DNA from: a virus | Strand: one strand, 5' to 3' | Virus record (IMG/VR): IMGVR_UViG_3300028394_000041 | Coordinates: 1-64,000 of that record | DNA length: 64,000 nt | Shown: positions 56,950 through 64,000 of the stretch, piece by piece | Layout: every line of letters starts with the position of its first letter | Position numbering within the stretch: the first letter of the stretch is position 1 | Program-made: the position numbers and the translations under genes | Notes under the pieces: model-generated | What the model was told of the DNA's origin: nothing | What the model saw: only the letters and a program-made list of their open reading frames with translations | The model's database searches: none

Positions 56950-58434
56950 ATGATTTACTCCTTACAAGTTGAACGACATGTCCTTAGCGGTTTATTAAAA
57001 TATCAAGATCTATTCGCTGATATTGATGTATTCTTATCAGAAAACGACTTCTTTAACGATGTCCACTCTACGATTTATTCAGTATTTAAGAATATTAAAT
57101 ATAAAGGCGAAAACGTAGATAAAGTCTTATTAGCAGAAAAGATAAAGAATTTAGGAATATCTTTTAAAGATGAAATTAATATTTTTGACTATATAGACAA
57201 TTTGACCTTTTCTCAGATCACAGAAGAAGCTACTATGACGGCTTGCAAGGAATTAATTAAATTTAGGGTTCGAAGAGAGCTCTGTCAAACAGCAGACAAT
57301 CTTAAAGAATATGTTACTAAAAATGCAGAAGATTCTTTAGATGATATCATTGGCAAGATAGACGGCATATATAATAAAAAGATATCCTCTTATTCAGAAA
57401 ATGATATACCAATTAATATCTTTGAAGGAGTAGAAGACCTTATCGAAGAAAGAGGAAATTCTCCTAAAGATGAAACTGGACTTGTTACTCCATATTCAGA
57501 ATTTAATAGAATGTATGGTGGCTTAAAAAATGGTAATATTTACGCTATCGCTAGCAGACCTGGCCAAGGAAAATCTACTTGGCTAAATGATATTTGCTTT
57601 AAAACTGCCATCAATCCAAAGAACAAAACAAAAACTTTAATTCTAGATACTGAAATGCAAACCGTAGACATTCAATTAAGAATGGTTGCATCTTTGAGCG
57701 GAGTACCAGTTTGGTATCTTGAAACTGGCAACTGGCGTAAAAATGAAGAGATGACAAAAAAAGTAAGAGAAGCTTGGAGCAAAGTAAAGAAGTATGAATA
57801 TTTTCATTATCATGTTGGCAATAAAAATATAGATCAAATTTGTTCTATAATCCGTAGATGGTATCTTTCAAAAGTCGGTAGAGGAAATCAAGCTATGATA
57901 GCTTATGATTATATAAAATTAACTGGAGAGAAGGTTGGTCAAAATTGGGCAGAGCATCAAGCAATTGGAGATAAAATTGATAAACTTAAAAGAATATCAG
58001 AAGAGATTCAATGTCCAGTTATTACTGCTATGCAGTTGAATAGAACTGGAGAAAGCTTCAATAGAAAAGGAGCAGAGGTAGTTGATGATAGCTCAGTAAT
58101 TTCTTTGTCAGATAGGCTTCAATGGTTCGCCTCTTTCGTAGCAATCTTTAGAAGAAAAACTTTAGATGAGCTTGCTCTAGATGGTCAAGCATTTGGTACG
58201 CATAAATTAATACCAACAAAAACTAGATTTCAAGGCAAAGACGCTGCTGGTCACCAAGACCTAGTTAGAAGATTAGATTGCACGGGCAAGGAAACATGGG
58301 CTCAAAATTACTTGAATTATCAAGTAGAAAATTTTAATATTGAAGAGCGCGGGTCTTTGAATGACGTTTCTTCTGCTCAAAGAGAACGATATGAACTTAA
58401 TGATTCTAATCAAAATGATGGAGAAATACTATGA
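56950..58434 (+). CDS. dnaB: replicative DNA helicase
   Basis: ASRPGQGKST, DTEM, YDYIKL, QLNR. Confidence 0.9.
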   Translation: MIYSLQVERHVLSGLLKYQDLFADIDVFLSENDFFNDVHSTIYSVFKNIKYKGENVDKVLLAEKIKNLGISFKDEINIFDYIDNLTFSQITEEATMTACKELIKFRVRRELCQTADNLKEYVTKNAEDSLDDIIGKIDGIYNKKISSYSENDIPINIFEGVEDLIEERGNSPKDETGLVTPYSEFNRMYGGLKNGNIYAIASRPGQGKSTWLNDICFKTAINPKNKTKTLILDTEMQTVDIQLRMVASLSGVPVWYLETGNWRKNEEMTKKVREAWSKVKKYEYFHYHVGNKNIDQICSIIRRWYLSKVGRGNQAMIAYDYIKLTGEKVGQNWAEHQAIGDKIDKLKRISEEIQCPVITAMQLNRTGESFNRKGAEVVDDSSVISLSDRLQWFASFVAIFRRKTLDELALDGQAFGTHKLIPTKTRFQGKDAAGHQDLVRRLDCTGKETWAQNYLNYQVENFNIEERGSLNDVSSAQRERYELNDSNQNDGEIL

Positions 58435-59087
58435 GCGTAAAATTAATATCTACTACAAATCCAGAAATAACAGGAATAGAAAAAGCAGAGCATCTAGTAG
58501 CTTATTATGCTAGGGTTAGCAATCCTTCAAATCAATTTAATAAAGAAACTGCACCCAAATTACTGGCGTTTCTTATTAAACATAAACACTGGAGTCCATT
58601 TGAGATGGTAGATATGTCTATTGAAATTAAAACTAGTAGAGCTATTGCAGCTCAGATCTTAAGGCATAGATCATTTAATTTTCAAGAGTTCTCTCAACGG
58701 TATAGCGAAGCAACTGATTACGAAGACGTAGAGTTAAGGCTTCAAGGAAGTAAAAATAGACAAGTTGGAGAAGATCTTTTATCTAAAAATCATCCAGAGT
58801 ATAATAATCTAAATGGACTTATAGCTGAAACGCTTTCGCTGTCAGATCATTGTTATCGGACTATGATCGACAATGGCATAGCTAAAGAAGTAGCAAGAAT
58901 GGTTTTGCCTTTGACAACTCAAACAACTATGTATATGAAAGGGTCTCTAAGAAGTTGGATTCACTATATCGAATTGAGGACTCAGGAAAATACGCAAAAG
59001 GAGCATAGATTAATTGCTGATGAATGCAAAAAAATATTCATAAACAACTTTCCAGTAATCTCGGAGGCATTAGAATGGAAGAATTAA
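58431..59087 (+). CDS. thyX: flavin-dependent thymidylate synthase
   Basis: HWSPFE, QILRHRSF.FQEFSQRY, E.ARMVLP, RSWIHY. Confidence 0.95.
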   Translation: MSVKLISTTNPEITGIEKAEHLVAYYARVSNPSNQFNKETAPKLLAFLIKHKHWSPFEMVDMSIEIKTSRAIAAQILRHRSFNFQEFSQRYSEATDYEDVELRLQGSKNRQVGEDLLSKNHPEYNNLNGLIAETLSLSDHCYRTMIDNGIAKEVARMVLPLTTQTTMYMKGSLRSWIHYIELRTQENTQKEHRLIADECKKIFINNFPVISEALEWKN

Positions 59088-59977
59088 ACGTATTTCAAGT
59101 CCTTACAGATTTAGGATATAAATTAAAAGATCATGGTAAAGAATACCGAACAAGACCATTGTATAGAGATAGTGACAACGATACAGTATTAAAAATAGAA
59201 AAAAATAGTGGCAACTGGTTTGACTTTAAGCAAAATATAAGTGGCGATCTAAACTCTTTAGTTAAAATGACTTTAAAATTAGATGGAGTTGACGAAGCAA
59301 AGCAATGGCTTAAAAATAAGAATTTTATATCTCAAGTTGTTACAAACGTAGAAAAACCTTTAATTAAAACTTCAAAAAATTTTGATATATCTATTCTAGA
59401 TAGGCTAGAGAATCGACATGATTATTGGATCAATAGAAACATATCTGAAGAAACTATATCTCAATTTAAAGGTGGCGTTGCTCACGCTGGTAAAATGAAG
59501 AATAGATATGTCTTTCCTATTTTCAATTTAAAAAATAATATCATAGGATTTTCTGGTAGAGATGTTACAAACATATCTAAGATAAAATGGAAACATCTTG
59601 GAGAAAAAAGCGATTTTCTTTATCCGTTGTTTCTAAATGACATGTATATAAAAACTAAAAAAGAGATCATTTTAGTGGAGAGCATAGGAGACATGTTGAA
59701 CCTCTGGCAAAACGGAGTAAAGAATGTATTAGTCACCTTTGGAACAAGTTTAAGTTTATCAATATTAAACTATTGCCTTAAAATAGATGTGCAGAAAATT
59801 TATATAAGCTTAAACGATGACTCTAACAATAATAGCGCAGGTAATATTGGTGCGAACAAAACAAAAGCAAGATTAAAAAGATATTTTGATGAAAAACAAT
59901 TAATTATAAAATTCCCACTTAAAAAAGATTTTGGAGAAATGTCGTCCCAAGAGATTCAAGAATGGATTAATTTATGA
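59075..59977 (+). CDS. DNA primase (Toprim)
   Basis: RYVFPI, GFSGR, LVESIGD, FGT, NDD. Confidence 0.85.
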   Translation: MEELNVFQVLTDLGYKLKDHGKEYRTRPLYRDSDNDTVLKIEKNSGNWFDFKQNISGDLNSLVKMTLKLDGVDEAKQWLKNKNFISQVVTNVEKPLIKTSKNFDISILDRLENRHDYWINRNISEETISQFKGGVAHAGKMKNRYVFPIFNLKNNIIGFSGRDVTNISKIKWKHLGEKSDFLYPLFLNDMYIKTKKEIILVESIGDMLNLWQNGVKNVLVTFGTSLSLSILNYCLKIDVQKIYISLNDDSNNNSAGNIGANKTKARLKRYFDEKQLIIKFPLKKDFGEMSSQEIQEWINL

Positions 59978-60990
59978 ATATTTATCAAGCCCAACCGAAT
60001 AGAGCATTTCCATCAATTTTAGCATTTGCTAATTCAGATCGAGAACCAATAGCCTACGAATTTTCTACTCAATTCTCATTCAATAATGAAGAAGATCATA
60101 ATTATTTATCCTCAAATAACTATATACAATATAAATCGCTACAATCTCCACCAAGAAAATTAGATGAAGACTCACTCAATCCAATTCTAGTTAGATTAAA
60201 AAACCAAAATCAACTTGATAATTTGACTTTAAATGAAGATATAGATTATCTGCATGGTCTTTATGAAACTAAATATTTCAAAAAAGACGATAAAGATTTT
60301 TCCTTTACAATAATCGATCATCCAGTTAATCAAATTATTAATATATTCACTTATATCAAGCATCAGATTAATTCAAAAGAAGAGATGGAAGCCTATAGTT
60401 ATTTGTTAAATAAGTCTGACGATGAGCTGCTTGAAGAAATCAAGAAATATAATTTGGATTTGAATACCTTCGAATTTCCTGAATTAGATCCAGACGCGTT
60501 TAATTTTAAATATACAAAAAACTTTTTTCTCAAATACAATCTCCTAAAAAATAAAAAAGAAGAAGATGTTGTGCAAGACTTCAAACATTTTTATGCAAAA
60601 TATTATGTATATATGTTGATAAACTCTAGCTGCATGAAAGATATAAATTCAAAAGAAGAATGGGTCGATTACTTCTTATCTAACCCAACATTAAAAGATC
60701 TTATATCTTATAGAGATATGAAATTCACCTACCCAAGTATGTTTATACATGCAAAAGATTTAGATAGAAGCCATAATTTTTATGGAATAATGGACACTAG
60801 AAAAAATTTAATTAAATCACTTCATTGTATATCCAGCCTATCAAAAAATATGTTTTTCGCTTTAAATCCTCAATTTTCTATAAAGTCTCCAATGGATGAT
60901 TTTGATTACAGAAAAAAGGAGATAGCAGATATCCTTGCCGAAGATATAGAATTCTTCGAAGAGAAAAAGAGAATTTTAAATGAGCATTGA
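59974..60990 (+). CDS. hypothetical protein, weak sulfotransferase-like motifs
   Basis: YLHG, FTIIDHPVNQIINIFTY, FYGIMD, AEDIEFF. Confidence 0.45.
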   Translation: MNIYQAQPNRAFPSILAFANSDREPIAYEFSTQFSFNNEEDHNYLSSNNYIQYKSLQSPPRKLDEDSLNPILVRLKNQNQLDNLTLNEDIDYLHGLYETKYFKKDDKDFSFTIIDHPVNQIINIFTYIKHQINSKEEMEAYSYLLNKSDDELLEEIKKYNLDLNTFEFPELDPDAFNFKYTKNFFLKYNLLKNKKEEDVVQDFKHFYAKYYVYMLINSSCMKDINSKEEWVDYFLSNPTLKDLISYRDMKFTYPSMFIHAKDLDRSHNFYGIMDTRKNLIKSLHCISSLSKNMFFALNPQFSIKSPMDDFDYRKKEIADILAEDIEFFEEKKRILNEH

Positions 60991-61924
60991 AAAAATATTA
61001 TCAGCTTCGAAGATCAAAACTCTTGAGACTTGTTCTTGGGTCTATTGGAATAATTACCATGATAAAGTTCCTCAAACTCAAAATGAAGGAGCCTTGAGGG
61101 GTACTATTTGCCATACGGTTTTTGAATTACTGCTAAAAGCAAGACATAAGAAGCACTACGATATTATAATTAAAAATAATTCCATTAATAATAGCAAAGG
61201 TATATCTAAACTAGTTAAAAAATTATCATTAAAAGTAAACCTTGCTGAATCTAATTATGAGCTATTAGATCAAATGATATTGGTTGGCCTCAAAGAAGAT
61301 TTTTTTGGAGAAAATGGAAAGATAGTTAAACCAGAATACGCCTTTAATATTAAAAATGATAGTCCTAAATATCATATTCGTGGTTTTATGGATAAGCCAA
61401 TTAAAATCAAAAAAGAAATGCATATAATCGACTACAAGAGCTCCAAATATAAATTCAGAGGAGATGAGTTAGAGGCTAATATTCAAGCCATGATGTATAG
61501 TCTAGCGAGTAAAAAGATTTGGCCTAAATTAAAACCTATAGTGAAATTCCTTTTTCTTAGATTTCCTAAAAAGCCTACTCAAGAACTTTCATTTAATGAA
61601 GAACAAATCAAAGGTTTTGAACATTACTTAGAGCATATTAACGAATATATAAATAGTTTTGATGAGAACAGCGCAAAAGCTAATTTCGCAGTAGATAGCC
61701 AAAAGAATAAATGGATGTGCGGTATAGGTTCTTGGGTTTGTCCATATAAAAGTCCTTATGATTATTATGTTAAAATAAATGCTTGTGGAGAAATAGTAGA
61801 AACAAGCCTAAAGAATGATTTTAAAAATATTGATGGATTTAAAATAGAAACCAGAAGCTATAATGGATGCCCAAAATTCAATAACAAACAAGGCGAAGTA
61901 AAGAAAGATAGTTTTTTAGATTGA
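60980..61924 (+). CDS. PD-(D/E)XK nuclease, Cas4/AddB-like
   Basis: LSASKI...C, GT..H, RGFMD, IIDYKS, Q..MY, C-terminal Cys cluster. Confidence 0.85.
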   Translation: MSIEKILSASKIKTLETCSWVYWNNYHDKVPQTQNEGALRGTICHTVFELLLKARHKKHYDIIIKNNSINNSKGISKLVKKLSLKVNLAESNYELLDQMILVGLKEDFFGENGKIVKPEYAFNIKNDSPKYHIRGFMDKPIKIKKEMHIIDYKSSKYKFRGDELEANIQAMMYSLASKKIWPKLKPIVKFLFLRFPKKPTQELSFNEEQIKGFEHYLEHINEYINSFDENSAKANFAVDSQKNKWMCGIGSWVCPYKSPYDYYVKINACGEIVETSLKNDFKNIDGFKIETRSYNGCPKFNNKQGEVKKDSFLD

Positions 61925-61956
61925 TTTTTTAGAGAATTCTTGTTAATCTAGTATAA

Positions 61957-62703
61957 ATGATACCGTTATTTAAATCTCACTATTCTTTAGGCAGATCCAT
62001 CTTGACCCTTGAAGATAAGGATGAAAAGGATGATTATCCAGATTCTATTATCCAAATTTGTAAAGAAAACAAAATGAAAGAGCTTTATCTAGTAGAAGAT
62101 AATATGTCTTCGTTTCTTGAAGCATATTCTAATTGCCGTAAAAATAATATCAAATTAAATTATGGATTAAGGATATCAATTACAGAATCAATGAGCGATA
62201 AATCTGAAGAGTCTAAGGCCAAGTCCTCAAAGATAATTTTATTCTTTAAAAATAAAAAAGGATACCAGCAATTAACGAAACTTTATAGTATTGCAGCGAA
62301 AGAAGGCTTCTATTACGAACCAAGATTAGATTATGAAACGATTTCTAAAAATTGGACAGATGATTTAATTCTATGCATACCTTTTTATGACTCCTTCATA
62401 TTTAATAATACTCTTAAAAATAGTCTTTGCATTCCTCAGTTTGATTTTACAAAACCTATATTCTTTATAGAAGATAATGACCTACCATTTGATTCATTAG
62501 TAAAACAAAAAGCTTTATCTTTTGCAGAAAAGAATGATCTAAAAATATATAAAGTACAAAGCGTGTTTTATAAAGAACGAAAAGACTTTAAAGCTTACTT
62601 AACTTTTAGGTGCATTAACAATAGAAGCGTTTTAAATAAACCTAATTTAGATCATATGTCAAGTAACGAATTTTGCTTTGAAAGCATTCGTCAAAGGAAT
62701 TAA
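61957..62703 (+). CDS. DNA polymerase III alpha, stand-alone PHP domain
   Basis: KSHYSLGRS, KNKKGYQQL.KL.S.A..EGFYYEPRLD; leaderless promoter TTGATT-17-TAATCT. Confidence 0.85.
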   Translation: MIPLFKSHYSLGRSILTLEDKDEKDDYPDSIIQICKENKMKELYLVEDNMSSFLEAYSNCRKNNIKLNYGLRISITESMSDKSEESKAKSSKIILFFKNKKGYQQLTKLYSIAAKEGFYYEPRLDYETISKNWTDDLILCIPFYDSFIFNNTLKNSLCIPQFDFTKPIFFIEDNDLPFDSLVKQKALSFAEKNDLKIYKVQSVFYKERKDFKAYLTFRCINNRSVLNKPNLDHMSSNEFCFESIRQRN

Positions 62704-63341
62704 TGGACGAACATCTTTTAAGATACGACAAAGACAAGACTATCGTTTTTATAGATTGCGAGACTTTTAATCTTTGCCTTAATTTTTGCCATAATATTCC
62801 TTGGCAAATAGCAATGATAAAAGTTAAAGGAGACAAGAAAGTAGATCAGAAGAACTTTTATTTAAAATGGGATACAGACTTAAAGATAAGTGAAGACGCA
62901 GCGAGAATCACAAGATACGATCATAGAAAAGTCCAAAGAGAAGGCTTTGATCCAAAAGAGGTATTTCCTACTATAAAAGATTGGCTCAATAATGCGGATT
63001 ATATAATTGGACATAATATTTTAGGATTTGACATTTATCTTATAAAGGAATATTATAAAACTATGGAATCTAATTGGAAAGGTCTAATGAATAAAATTAT
63101 AGATACTAATGCTGTGGCGAGAGGCATAAAGTATAATTCTATTTATACTCCCAAAGATAATTTACTTGAATATCAATATAAAATTCTTAATACCAGAAAG
63201 AAAAATGTTAAAAGCTCTTTAACTTTCTTGGGTAAAGAGAACGGCATAGAGCATGATTATGAAAGTCTTCATGATGCTATAAACGATCTTGACTTGAATT
63301 TAAAAGTATGGAACAAATTAAAGTGGCAGATAGAGGTATAA
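62703..63341 (+). CDS. DEDDh 3'-5' exonuclease (DnaQ-like)
   Basis: FIDCET, GHNILGFD, IDT, LHDA..D. Confidence 0.88.
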   Translation: MDEHLLRYDKDKTIVFIDCETFNLCLNFCHNIPWQIAMIKVKGDKKVDQKNFYLKWDTDLKISEDAARITRYDHRKVQREGFDPKEVFPTIKDWLNNADYIIGHNILGFDIYLIKEYYKTMESNWKGLMNKIIDTNAVARGIKYNSIYTPKDNLLEYQYKILNTRKKNVKSSLTFLGKENGIEHDYESLHDAINDLDLNLKVWNKLKWQIEV

Positions 63342-63342
63342 A

Positions 63343-63570
63343 ATGGCTTCACTAGATAATGTTTATGATATGATACAGAAGCTAGAAGATTATGGTATAG
63401 AGTATCTTCTTATAACTATAGAAAAGGGTAAGAAGAAAGGCAAGGCTGATGTATTTTATAGCTTAAAAGATAGAGCTTCTATGAAAATCTTAGCAAGAGG
63501 GTTACATGTTTTTAACGAAGAGATAGATAAAATTGAAAAAGAGCAACAAGAAGATGAAAACGAAGACTAA
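63343..63570 (+). CDS. hypothetical protein
   Basis: ORF between the exonuclease and dnaE. Confidence 0.6.
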   Translation: MASLDNVYDMIQKLEDYGIEYLLITIEKGKKKGKADVFYSLKDRASMKILARGLHVFNEEIDKIEKEQQEDENED

Positions 63571-64000
63571 TAATTATTCTGATACCAAAGAGTTTTCTGA
63601 TAGCTTTGAAACAATAGAACTAGATATTCATGGAGTTAGATTACCTGAGTTTGAAATTGATTTAGCCTCTAAAAGGCATTTAGGAATAAGTGAAGATTCA
63701 TCAAATTATGAATTTTTAAGAGGTTTAGCATTAAATGGATTTAAAACTTTAAATATAAATAAAACCGATAAGGATTATAAGAAATATGTTGATAGAGCAA
63801 AGCATGAATTAGATACGCTAAAAGAACTAGGGTTCATTGATTACATATTATTAGTATGGGACGTTATCCATTTCTGTAAAACTAGTGATATTCCAGTAGG
63901 TTTAGGTAGAGGTTCAGCTGCTGGATCTTTGATATTATACTTGGTGGGAGTTACTAGAATTGATCCAGTCAAATATGACCTCTATTTCGAAAGATTTATA
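63554..64000 (+). CDS. dnaE: DNA polymerase III alpha catalytic part, truncated by window edge
   Basis: ATG 63554; GVRLP, EL..L..LGFIDYILLVWD, GLGRGSAAGSL, IDPVKYDLYFERF. Confidence 0.93.
   Translation, partial: MKTKTNNYSDTKEFSDSFETIELDIHGVRLPEFEIDLASKRHLGISEDSSNYEFLRGLALNGFKTLNINKTDKDYKKYVDRAKHELDTLKELGFIDYILLVWDVIHFCKTSDIPVGLGRGSAAGSLILYLVGVTRIDPVKYDLYFERFI

Noticed and set aside
60980-61924. CRISPR adaptation Cas4
   Set aside because: It is a solo nuclease in a replication operon with no cas1/cas2 or array, a common phage arrangement
62600-63700. Split intein joining the DnaE parts
   Set aside because: No intein N-block of adequate length after the PHP and no His-Asn/Cys junction at the start of the polymerase gene
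1-64000. Stop-codon reassignment
   Set aside because: Conserved genes are full length under code 11; TAA, TAG and TGA all end genes; no suppressor tRNA

Overview
An AT-rich 64 kb segment of a large lytic tailed-phage genome, translated with the standard code. No integrase, capsid or terminase gene lies in the window. Positions 1-23 kb are almost all minus-strand: dozens of small early-type ORFs plus rIIA/rIIB, a RuvB-like ATPase, ATP-dependent ligase, two HNH-AP2 endonucleases, UvsE, an HhH glycosylase, a deaminase and a 3D-domain protein. After a divergent strand switch at about 23.03 kb come a BspA-type LRR protein, tRNA-Ser(ACT) and tRNA-Asn(GTT), nucleotide-metabolism genes (purA, an IMPDH/GMP-reductase family gene, dCMP deaminase, dNMP kinase, nrdAB, thyX) and a sigma factor. 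Next are an unrecognised ~240 nt structured RNA, a tmRNA, two paralogous Pro/Thr-rich proteins with a CWVAREVYG C-terminal domain, and a 15-gene glycan biosynthesis operon. The window ends in a replication module (RecA-like, DnaB, primase, Cas4-like nuclease, split DnaE with a separate exonuclease). Two promoter classes are visible, sigma70-type TTGACN-17-TANNNT and a GTGTAA motif, and both mostly appear to produce leaderless mRNAs. The strongest leads are the glycan operon beside mucin-like proteins, the orphan structured RNA, the A34 serine tRNA, and a possible G-to-A / C-to-T nucleotide conversion set. All calls come from reading motifs by eye; no database searches or folding programs were run.
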